A model generated the notes under the pieces. The model ran no database searches. It was not told where the DNA came from and saw only the letters and a list, made by a program, of their open reading frames with translations. A stretch of DNA of 64,000 bases. It comes from Candidatus Latescibacterota bacterium. GTDB lineage: Bacteria > Latescibacterota > UBA2968 > GCA-2709665. The translations under genes were made by a program, and so were the position numbers. Numbering within the stretch: the stretch's first letter is position 1; each line of letters starts with the position of its first letter. This document shows positions 30,339 through 38,904 of this stretch, in pieces. The stretch is taken from assembly GCA_965203805.1 (NCBI GenBank), contig OZ241917.1:32001-96000 (forward strand), given 5' to 3'.

Positions 30339-31073
30339 GTGGCACCCAGAGAAACCGAAAAAATGTGGGTCGCTCTGGCGCCGTTCTACGACGTGATGTA
30401 TCAGTGGAAGGATTACCGGGCCGAGTCGGAGCAAGTACATCAGATGATCCAGGCAAGGCGCGTGTCATCCGGCCGTTCTCTGCTGGACGTCGCGTGCGGG
30501 ACCGGGGAACACGTCCGGTTCTTGCGGGAGCACTACGACGTAACCGGACTGGATCTGAACCGTGAGATGTTGAAGGTGGCGCGCAGCAAGAATCCCGGCA
30601 TCCCTCTGCGTTGTCGCGACATGACCTCCTTCGACCTGAAACGCCGCTTCGACGCCGTCGTCTGCCTGTTCAGTTCGATCGCTTACGTCAGGACCTACCG
30701 GAATCTTGGACGGTCGATCGCGTGTTTCGAAAAACACCTGAAACCGGGCGGCGTACTTGTCATCGAGCCCTTTTTCACGACCGAGACGTTTCTGCCGGGG
30801 TCGATACACGGCGGCACCATGGAAGGAAAGGGTGTCAGAATCTCCAGGCACAGCGTGAGCAGGCGCCGCGGAAACCTGGCCGTTCTCGATTTCCATTTTC
30901 TCCTATCCACAAAAAAGGGCGTACGATACTTCCACGATACCCACGAACTGGCGCTCTTCGACCGGTCGCGGTTCCTTGAAATCCTTTCGAACGCCGGGCT
31001 CCGCACCTGGTATTGCGAGGATGGATTGACGCCGGGTCGAGGGCTGTACGTGTCGTTGAAAGCGCTCCCGTAA
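30339..31073 (+). CDS. class I SAM-dependent methyltransferase (DesVI/TylM1-like)
   Basis: LLDVACGTG.H, FDAVVCLFSSIAY, HLKPGGVLVIEP. Confidence 0.88.
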   Translation: MAPRETEKMWVALAPFYDVMYQWKDYRAESEQVHQMIQARRVSSGRSLLDVACGTGEHVRFLREHYDVTGLDLNREMLKVARSKNPGIPLRCRDMTSFDLKRRFDAVVCLFSSIAYVRTYRNLGRSIACFEKHLKPGGVLVIEPFFTTETFLPGSIHGGTMEGKGVRISRHSVSRRRGNLAVLDFHFLLSTKKGVRYFHDTHELALFDRSRFLEILSNAGLRTWYCEDGLTPGRGLYVSLKALP

Positions 31074-31132
31074 GCCGCCTGCCCGCGTCGCGGGTGGGGC
31101 TGAAACCGTTGAACCCCACAACGTTTCCTCCT

Positions 31133-31160
31133 TTGACATCCTGCGGCCCTTCCGTATTAT
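31133..31160 (+). promoter_or_regulatory. sigma70 promoter of the methylated-amine operon
   Basis: TTGACA-N16-TATTAT. Confidence 0.6.
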
Positions 31161-31258
31161 CTACCGCTTACCCCCTGACGGACAGACGACTGAACGCATA
31201 AACGTGCGCAGCTTTCGGGTCCACGATTCTCCGAAGCCGACGCCAGGAGTGACGGGTT

Positions 31259-32629
31259 ATGGATACACCCGGCAATGACGTTTCCGGAAATGGCCGGCAC
31301 GACCGGAACCCCCAGGTTCTGGGCAGGAATTTCATGTTTCCGCCCCACGTGATCGACGATATCCACATCAAGGCGAATCTGGGGCGGTACCGCATGCGGG
31401 GCATGGCGCTTTTCAAGCAGATTCCATCGTGGGACGACCTGACGTTTCTTCCCGGCACGCTCACAAGGTTCGTGATCGAGGGATACCGCGAGAAATGTGA
31501 GACACGGACCGTGATCGGGCCCGGGGCCGAACGGCCGCTCGTTCTGGATATTCCCATCTACATTACGGGCATGAGCTTCGGCGCGTTGTCCTACGAGGCG
31601 AAAGTGGCGCTGGCGAGAGGGGCCACGATGGCGGGAACCGCGACCTGCTCGGGAGAAGGCGGCATGCTGCCCGATGAGCGCCGGTATTCCGAGAAGTGGC
31701 TCTACCAGTGCATCCAGTCCCGCTACGGGTTCAACCCGCACCACATGCGTCTCGCCGACGGCGTGGAGTTCTTCATCGGACAGGGATGCAAGGTGGGGCT
31801 CGGCGGACACCTGATGGGCCAGAAAGTAACCGACCAGGTGGCTGAAATGCGTTCGCTGCCCGCGGGGATCGACCAGCGTTCGCCGGCGAGGCACCCGGAC
31901 TGGCTGGGCCCCGACGACCTTGCCCTGAAGATCGAAGAGATCCGGGAGGCGACCAACTGGCAGGTGCCCATTCAATTGAAACTCGGCGCGGCCCGGGTCT
32001 ACGACGACGTGCGGATGGCGGCGAAGACGGGGCCCGACAGCATCTATATGGACGGGATGGAGGGCTCGACCGGGGCCGGGCCCCACCTGGCCACCGAGGA
32101 GACGGGCGTTCCGGGAATCGCGGCCATACGGCAGGCCAGAAAGGCGCTGGACGACGTCGGCAAGACCGGAGCGATCACGCTCGTCTACGCGGGCGGGATT
32201 CGCAATGGCGCCGACGTGGCCAAGGCGCTTGCGCTTGGCGCGGACGCGGTTGCCATCGGTACGGCGGCAATGGTGGCGCTGAATTGCAACAAGGATATCC
32301 CCGAGGCGGATTACGAAGGCACGGTCGGCGTTCCGGCGGGGCAATGCTATCACTGCCATACAGGACTCTGTCCCGTGGGCGTGGCCACCCAGGATCCGGT
32401 ACTGCGCGGCCGGCTGGACCCGGATGAGGCGGCCGGGCGTGTGTATAACTTCCTGCATACCCTGGCGATCGAATGCCAGATGTTCGCCAGGGCCTGCGGC
32501 AAGACCGATGTTCACTCCCTGGAGCCGGAGGATCTCGCCGCGCTTACCATGGAAGCCTCCGCCATGGCGGAGGTGCCCCTGGCCGGAACCCGATATACCG
32601 TCGGGCATCCCGAAATGAACAGGTATTGA
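31259..32629 (+). CDS. mgsC: FMN-binding glutamate synthase family protein; N-methylglutamate synthase subunit C-like
   Basis: GMSFGALS, SGEGG, GQGCKVGLGGHL, RSPARHPDW.GPDDL, C.HCHTG.CPVG; operon context with gmaS and tdm. Confidence 0.8.
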   Translation: MDTPGNDVSGNGRHDRNPQVLGRNFMFPPHVIDDIHIKANLGRYRMRGMALFKQIPSWDDLTFLPGTLTRFVIEGYREKCETRTVIGPGAERPLVLDIPIYITGMSFGALSYEAKVALARGATMAGTATCSGEGGMLPDERRYSEKWLYQCIQSRYGFNPHHMRLADGVEFFIGQGCKVGLGGHLMGQKVTDQVAEMRSLPAGIDQRSPARHPDWLGPDDLALKIEEIREATNWQVPIQLKLGAARVYDDVRMAAKTGPDSIYMDGMEGSTGAGPHLATEETGVPGIAAIRQARKALDDVGKTGAITLVYAGGIRNGADVAKALALGADAVAIGTAAMVALNCNKDIPEADYEGTVGVPAGQCYHCHTGLCPVGVATQDPVLRGRLDPDEAAGRVYNFLHTLAIECQMFARACGKTDVHSLEPEDLAALTMEASAMAEVPLAGTRYTVGHPEMNRY

Positions 32630-32659
32630 ACGGCGGAAAGACGGGAACAGGAGACGCCG

Positions 32660-33097
32660 ATGGACGAAGCCAAAGACGTGAACTACTACCTGAAATCCAC
32701 GGGGCTGGACTCGGACCGGGAGAAGGAAATCGGACAGCACATCGGATACCGGTACGATGTGAACCTGCCGCCGGACTACGGGCTTCTGACGCCGTTCCTG
32801 GAGCGGTACACAGAGGTGATGGGGTGGAGGGACCTGAACTGGCTGGAAGACGTACATATGGGATACGAAGACGGAAAGCCGGCGGTATTCGACCGGAACA
32901 TCAATGGCTGGGTGCTGGTGCCCGAAGATATGACGCTGCCCGACAACCAGCAGGAACGTGACATGATTGCGCGGGAACTGCTCGTCAAGTTTCAGATGTC
33001 CGATAGGCATCCGATGATTGAACTTGGAGATGCCTACGGCCTGAAGCTGGAAGACGAAGACGGCGCGCATGGAGCAGACTCAAACCCGGCAACCTGA
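32660..33097 (+). CDS. hypothetical protein (145 aa, acidic)
   Basis: SD AGGAG; typical codon use; embedded in the operon. Confidence 0.8.
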   Translation: MDEAKDVNYYLKSTGLDSDREKEIGQHIGYRYDVNLPPDYGLLTPFLERYTEVMGWRDLNWLEDVHMGYEDGKPAVFDRNINGWVLVPEDMTLPDNQQERDMIARELLVKFQMSDRHPMIELGDAYGLKLEDEDGAHGADSNPAT

Positions 33098-33113
33098 AAA
33101 CCCGGGAGGCGGT

Positions 33114-34508
33114 ATGAGCAATGCGAAGATGTGGGGCCCGGAGGCGTTCTGGGGTCTGGACTACGACTGGGATCCCCAATGGGTGTTGACGCCCGGACAA
33201 CAGGCGCTCCAGGAGAAACTGATCGACCTCTGCCGGACAACGCTGCGGGACAACGCCGTCGAGAGCGATCGCAACCTCGTGTTTCCACGGGAGAATTTCA
33301 GAGCGCTGGCTTCGCTGGGTCTGCTGGGACTGAACGTGCCACGGGAATGGGGAGGCCTGGGAGAAGACCACACGTGTACGGCGATGGTGGTGGAGACGAT
33401 CGCGCGTTACGGGTGCGCCAGTACCGCGATGTGTTATACCATGCACATCGGGGCCGTGGCCGCCGCGATGTTTCGGGCGCACGACAACGCGACGCTTCAA
33501 AGCCTTATGAAGCGCCTCGACAGCGACGTGCTGGTGGGCACGTTATCCTATTCGGATCCGGAGACGGGCTCTCATTTCTGGTACCCCATTTCTTCCGGAG
33601 CCGAGCGGGTGGAAGGCGGCTGGAAGGTGCGAAAAAAGGCGTCTTGGACGACGTCCGCGGGTTTCGCCGACTGGTACATCGTGCAGACGACGAGCCCCGA
33701 TTTCGCCGGCGATTATTCGAATCTTTCCTGCTTCCTCGTCATGGCGGACGAGGTGAAGGCGGAACCGTCGCTGTGGGACGGCCTGGGGCTGCGCGGGAAT
33801 CAGTCCGGCACGCTGGAGGTCGACAACGTCACGATGCCGGAGAACAGGCTGGTGGGGCCGGTGGGCGACGGGGCGAATTCGAATGACGAAACGGTGGATC
33901 CGTTCTTCCTGTTATGTTCATCGGCCTGCTGGAACGGCATTTCTCTGGGGATGATCGACATCGCCAGGCGGCACACAACCGCGCGGCGACACGCCGACGT
34001 GGGCATGCGGGTGGCGGACTATCCGACAATCCAGGACTACGTAGGCGAGGCCGTGATCGATACCAACGCCTCCCGGTCCTTTGTCTACCTGATGGCCCGC
34101 GCGATGGACGACGTCACGAATCAGTGCGACTGGTCCATCCACCGGGACCTCTCCCGCATGCCACGGGCGGACGTGCTGCACTGGATGTGGCAGGTAAAGT
34201 TCACCGCGGCGAAGAACGTGGCAAACGTCTCCGACAAGATGCTTCATGCCTGCGGCGGGACGGGGTACAAACCCGATCTGGGGATTGAACGATACCTGCG
34301 CGACGGCAAGGCCGGCTGGGTGATGGGCCCCACGAACGAGGTCCTCCGCCAGTTTGTAGGGAAGAGCGTACTGTTGGGATTCGACTCGCTGGACTACTGG
34401 AACCAGTCGGTGAACGAGCGCCTGTTGAGGAACGAACTCAAGAAAATGGACGGCGAGACCAAGAAGGAACTCGCGCGTCAGCTTCTGGCTGAAACCGAAG
34501 ACGGGTGA
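33114..34508 (+). CDS. acyl-CoA dehydrogenase-fold flavoprotein (putative two-component monooxygenase)
   Basis: GLLGL.VPREWGGLG, STAMCYTMH, SYSDPETGS, K.SWTTS, WDGLGLRGNQS, CGGTGY...IERYLRD; SD GGGAGG before ATG 33114. Confidence 0.85.
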   Translation: MSNAKMWGPEAFWGLDYDWDPQWVLTPGQQALQEKLIDLCRTTLRDNAVESDRNLVFPRENFRALASLGLLGLNVPREWGGLGEDHTCTAMVVETIARYGCASTAMCYTMHIGAVAAAMFRAHDNATLQSLMKRLDSDVLVGTLSYSDPETGSHFWYPISSGAERVEGGWKVRKKASWTTSAGFADWYIVQTTSPDFAGDYSNLSCFLVMADEVKAEPSLWDGLGLRGNQSGTLEVDNVTMPENRLVGPVGDGANSNDETVDPFFLLCSSACWNGISLGMIDIARRHTTARRHADVGMRVADYPTIQDYVGEAVIDTNASRSFVYLMARAMDDVTNQCDWSIHRDLSRMPRADVLHWMWQVKFTAAKNVANVSDKMLHACGGTGYKPDLGIERYLRDGKAGWVMGPTNEVLRQFVGKSVLLGFDSLDYWNQSVNERLLRNELKKMDGETKKELARQLLAETEDG

Positions 34509-36841
34509 TGCCTGCGGATGTCCAAATGACGGGGACGGGGCTGCTGAGGTGGACGCCGGGCAGGGAGCGCTATCGGGTGCCGGGCGGGGGGGCGATCGCC
34601 CTTGCGCTTTCGCCCGGCGACCGGCTGGCCGTTGTGGACGTGGAGGGGCGCCAGCGATGCGAACTGGGTGTGTTCGGCCCGGATGGCAATGCCGATCCGT
34701 CCAGGCTGGGCGTTCGGGCCGATGGCCCGATGGAGGGTTTCGCGTCCGCGCTCAGGCGGGGCGACGACAGCGCGCAGGCGGCCGACGCGGCGCTTCGGCG
34801 GCGCGGCGTTGACCTTGCCCGGGCCAGAGCGGTGCAGGTTTTCGGCGGAGAAACGGAAGCCGGCGCCGAAGCGTGCTTCGACGTCGCAGACGACGCCGTT
34901 TGCCTGATTGCGGCGCCTGGCGGACCGATGAGGGTGGATGCCCAGGACCCTCCCACGGAGCTCGACGTCGTGGTCAGGCGCTCGCGCGTTGAGGCGCCGG
35001 AACGCCACCCGCTGCCTTCGCCCCTGGGTGACATGCGCCTGGATCTGGAGGTGGAGAGGGCGTCGGCGATCGCATACGAGGTAAAGGCCGGAGAGTTCAT
35101 CCAGGTGATCGACGCCGCCGGCAGGCAGTGTTCCGATTTTCTGGCCTTCGACGCGAGGCAGTTGCAGCGGGGCATTGAGCGGGGGCTGGACGCGACCACG
35201 ACGCGTACGCTCATGGGCCGGGCCTATCCCGGTCCGGGACTTTTCTCGAAGTTTTGCGACCAGGATATGCAGCCGCTGGTGGAAGTCGTTCGGGATACGG
35301 TAGGTCGGCACGATACGTTTGCGCTTGCGTGCACCGCGAGATATTACGAGGATATGGGTTACCCGGGCCACGTCAACTGTACTGACAACTTCAACGCGGC
35401 ACTGGACCCGTATACGATTCAGCCCCGGCGCGGCTGGCCCGCGGTGAATTTTTTCTACAATACGAGAATAGACCTTAATAACGTCCTTTTCCTGGACGAA
35501 CCATGGTCTCGTCCGGGTGACTACGTGCTGCTGAAAGCCCTGACGGACCTGGTTTGCCTGTCGTCCGCGTGCCCGGACGATATCGATCCGGCCAACGGCT
35601 GGGAGCCAACAGAGATCCAGGTCCGCGTCTACCCCGAACGGTACCGGTTTTCCAGAGGAATTGCGCACCGGATGACGGCAGACGCCGAACCGAGGCTGAC
35701 GAGGGAGACGGCCTTTCACCGGCGAACCTCGGCCCTGACCCGACACTTCGAGGAATACCGCGGTTACTGGCTGCCGTCCTCCTTCACGGGGACCGGCGCC
35801 GTCGAGGAGTATTATGCCTGTCGCGAGGCGGCGGCGGTGATGGACCTGTCCGCGCTTCGCAAGTTCGAGGTCCTGGGGCCGGACGCGGAAGCGCTTCTGC
35901 AGCACACCCTCACGCGAGACGTTCGCAGGCTTTCAGCGGGCCAGGTGACGTATTCCGCCATGTGTTATGAAACCGGCGGCATGCTGGACGACGGCACCCT
36001 GTTCCGGTTGGGCCCGGAGAATTTTCGCTGGATTTGCGGCGAGGATTACGGCGGCGTGTGGTTACGCGAGCAGGCGAGTCGCCGCGGGATGCGGGTGTGG
36101 GTCAGAAACGCCACCGACCAACTCCACAATCTTGCCGTCCAGGGCCCGAGAAGCCGGGATATTCTCGACGAAATCATCTGGACGCCTCCGTCCCGCCCGT
36201 CCCTGGCCGAATTGGGCTGGTTCCGATTCACGGTGGGTCGAATCGACGACGGAAGCGGAGCGGCGGTCGTGGTATCCAGGACCGGCTATACGGGCGAACT
36301 GGGCTATGAGGTGTGGTGCCATCCCGACGATGCGCCCGCGGTCTGGGATGCCATATGGGAATCCGGGCAGCCGCATGGCCTGACCCCGCTGGGGCTGGAA
36401 GCCCTGGACATGCTTCGGATCGAGGCCGGTCTCGTTTTCGCCGGCTGCGAGTTCGACGATCAGACGGACCCGTTTGAGGCGGGCATCGGCTTCACCGTGC
36501 CGCTCAAGCGAAAGAAAGACGATTTCATCGGCAAAGAGGCGCTTATTCGAAGACGGTCCGATCCGCAACGCGTGCTCGTGGGGCTGGAGCTGTCCGGAAA
36601 CGAGCCCGCCGCCACCGGCGACGACGTCTATGACGGACGGGGCCGCGTGGGCGTGATTACCAGCGGCACCCGCTCACCCATTCTGGGCAGGAATATCGCG
36701 CTGTGCCGTCTGGCGACCGGGTACGCAGCCGTCGGCGTGGCCGTGGAGGTGGGAAGGCTGGACGGACATCAGAAGCGGATCCCCGCCCGCGTGGTGCGGT
36801 TTCCGTTCTACGATCCGGAGAAGACCCGGCCCCGGGCCTGA
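34508..36841 (+). CDS. tdm: trimethylamine N-oxide demethylase (DUF1989 + GcvT aminomethyltransferase fusion)
   Basis: ERYRVPGGG N-terminus, GRQCSDF, HDTFALAC...GH.NC...SSACPDD Cys set, DLSALRKF, RTGYTGELGYE, LRIEAGL. Confidence 0.85.
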   Translation: MPADVQMTGTGLLRWTPGRERYRVPGGGAIALALSPGDRLAVVDVEGRQRCELGVFGPDGNADPSRLGVRADGPMEGFASALRRGDDSAQAADAALRRRGVDLARARAVQVFGGETEAGAEACFDVADDAVCLIAAPGGPMRVDAQDPPTELDVVVRRSRVEAPERHPLPSPLGDMRLDLEVERASAIAYEVKAGEFIQVIDAAGRQCSDFLAFDARQLQRGIERGLDATTTRTLMGRAYPGPGLFSKFCDQDMQPLVEVVRDTVGRHDTFALACTARYYEDMGYPGHVNCTDNFNAALDPYTIQPRRGWPAVNFFYNTRIDLNNVLFLDEPWSRPGDYVLLKALTDLVCLSSACPDDIDPANGWEPTEIQVRVYPERYRFSRGIAHRMTADAEPRLTRETAFHRRTSALTRHFEEYRGYWLPSSFTGTGAVEEYYACREAAAVMDLSALRKFEVLGPDAEALLQHTLTRDVRRLSAGQVTYSAMCYETGGMLDDGTLFRLGPENFRWICGEDYGGVWLREQASRRGMRVWVRNATDQLHNLAVQGPRSRDILDEIIWTPPSRPSLAELGWFRFTVGRIDDGSGAAVVVSRTGYTGELGYEVWCHPDDAPAVWDAIWESGQPHGLTPLGLEALDMLRIEAGLVFAGCEFDDQTDPFEAGIGFTVPLKRKKDDFIGKEALIRRRSDPQRVLVGLELSGNEPAATGDDVYDGRGRVGVITSGTRSPILGRNIALCRLATGYAAVGVAVEVGRLDGHQKRIPARVVRFPFYDPEKTRPRA

Positions 36842-36960
36842 TCGATAAGCGAATTCCGCGACGCGTCACCGGGGGTTTCGGCGGCCCGGTTGACGGCGTC
36901 CGGACGGCCGGCGGCGGATGAGGCCGGATCCTGCGCCGCGTCCGTTGAGAGGGTATCGGA

Positions 36961-37449
36961 ATGGCGTTCGACCCGATGGAACAACGGCGGATAATGGGTT
37001 GTTTCGCGACCGGGGTAACCGTCGTGACGGCGGTTGCGGGAGGCGAGGCGAGAGGGATGACGGCCAATGCCGTGACCTCGCTGTCGCTGGACCCGCCCCT
37101 GGTCATGGTTGCCGTGGACAAAGGGGCGCAGATGCACGCCCATCTGACCGCCAGCCGCCAATTTGCATTGAATATCCTCAGCGAGGATCAGGAGGCGCTT
37201 TCCGTACAGTTCGCCAGGCCGGGCCCGAAGGACTTTTCGAACGTGGCTTCAACCGCTGGCCGGACGGGCTCGCCCGTCTTCGCGGACGCGCTGGGCCACG
37301 TGGAGTGTCTGCTGGTCGACGTACTGCGGACCGGCGACCACGACATTTTCGTTGGTGAGATTGTGGCGGGCGACGCCGGCGAGGGTCGTCCGCTGCTGTT
37401 TTACCGGGGGAAGTACAGCCGGATGGCGGAAGGGTCCGCGGAGGTCTGA
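36961..37449 (+). CDS. flavin reductase (HpaC/RutF family)
   Basis: MG.FATGVTVVT, GMTAN..TSLSLDPPLV, GDH.IFVG. Confidence 0.92.
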   Translation: MAFDPMEQRRIMGCFATGVTVVTAVAGGEARGMTANAVTSLSLDPPLVMVAVDKGAQMHAHLTASRQFALNILSEDQEALSVQFARPGPKDFSNVASTAGRTGSPVFADALGHVECLLVDVLRTGDHDIFVGEIVAGDAGEGRPLLFYRGKYSRMAEGSAEV

Positions 37450-37503
37450 AGGGTTTCCGTCGCATGCCTGACGGCGTGTTCAAGTTCAATAGGGAGGAAT
37501 GGT

Positions 37504-38895
37504 ATGGATAACGAACTCAGCGCATTGACGGTCGTATTTACGGAATTCTATTACTGGATATGCATCGTTCTCATGTTCCTGATCCACGTCGGCTTCTGTC
37601 TGTATGAAGTCGGCGTCTCCAGGCGGAAGAATATGATGCACACCCTGATGAAGAACGCGATGTTGATTCCGCTGGTGACCATCACGTTCTATTTCTTCGG
37701 GTGGTGGATCTACTTTGCGGTGCAGAACGGGCCCGGGATCACGGGCGGACTCATACAAGCCGCCTGGGCGGAGCCGTGGAATGAACTGATGGGGACGCAT
37801 ATGGGAGGAAAGCCGCACGCCGGCGGGTTGACCGGGGATGATACGGCTCTCTGGGCGCGGTTGAACGGCGTGTTCTGGGCGGCGTTTCTTCTGTTTTCGT
37901 GGACGGCTGGATCGATTCTTTCCGGGGCGGTAATCGAACGCATCCGATCCGGCGCGTTCTGGATCTTTGCGATACTGGTGGGGTCGGTCACCTGGGTGAT
38001 CGATGCGGCGTGGGGATGGTCCGCGGACGGCTGGATGGTGCAGTTGCTGGGTTACCACGACGCGTACGCGTCCGGCGTGATCCACGGGATCAGCGGCGGT
38101 TCCGCGCTGGCGATACTCTATCACCTCGGGCCCCGCATCGGCAGGTTCAGGCCTGACGGCTCTCCCAGGATTTTCCCGCCGCAGAACACGTGGCTGGTCA
38201 TTATCGGACTGTTTTTGATCTATACCGGATTCTGGGGCTTCTATGCGGCCTGCAACGTTCCCATTATGGACATCGATGCCGCAGACGGCAGGTCGTTCTT
38301 CTCGGCCACCACGATTTACCTCACACCCACGACGCTCAGCGCCATCACCTTCAACTTTCTGATGTCTCTCGCCGGCGGATTGATCATGGGGTATTTCGTG
38401 TCCAAAGGCGATCCTTACTGGACCTTCTCGGGCGGACTTGCCGGCATCATCACGGCGTCGGCCGGCAACGACCTGTATCATCCGATGCAGGCGCTTCTCA
38501 TCGGCGCATTCGGCACGTTCTGCATGTACAGGTTGCACAATTGGGTCGAACGCCGCTTCAGGATCGACGATGCGGTGGGCGCCGTGGCGGTGCACGGATA
38601 TGCCGGGGTCATCGGCGTTATTGTCGCGGGATTCGTCCTGTGGGGGTATCCGGGCGCTAATCCCGATTACGCCCCGATAACGCCGTGGGGTCAGACGCTC
38701 GGCGCCGTCATCATGTTTTTCGTGCTGGGTTTTCTGCCATGTTACGTGGTGGGTGCGATTCTCAAGAAGCTGGGCGTTCTCCGCATTCCGGCGCAAATCG
38801 AACTGGCGGGTCTGGATCACACGACCATCGAGAACGAAACGGCCGACGCGAACGAACTCGTCCAGGCGGAAGTCGACGAAGCGCGGGGAAACTGA
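37504..38895 (+). CDS. amt: ammonium/methylamine transporter (Amt family, divergent)
   Basis: Polytopic membrane protein; HVGF..YE.G..R.KN, SGAVIER, LGPR.G.F, IDDAVGAVAVHG, E..GLD. Confidence 0.88.
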   Translation: MDNELSALTVVFTEFYYWICIVLMFLIHVGFCLYEVGVSRRKNMMHTLMKNAMLIPLVTITFYFFGWWIYFAVQNGPGITGGLIQAAWAEPWNELMGTHMGGKPHAGGLTGDDTALWARLNGVFWAAFLLFSWTAGSILSGAVIERIRSGAFWIFAILVGSVTWVIDAAWGWSADGWMVQLLGYHDAYASGVIHGISGGSALAILYHLGPRIGRFRPDGSPRIFPPQNTWLVIIGLFLIYTGFWGFYAACNVPIMDIDAADGRSFFSATTIYLTPTTLSAITFNFLMSLAGGLIMGYFVSKGDPYWTFSGGLAGIITASAGNDLYHPMQALLIGAFGTFCMYRLHNWVERRFRIDDAVGAVAVHGYAGVIGVIVAGFVLWGYPGANPDYAPITPWGQTLGAVIMFFVLGFLPCYVVGAILKKLGVLRIPAQIELAGLDHTTIENETADANELVQAEVDEARGN

Positions 38896-38904
38896 AGGGA
38901 ATCG

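Noticed and set aside
36842-36960. Hairpins between tdm and the flavin reductase as a terminator
   Set aside because: No U-tract; more likely intra-operon stems.
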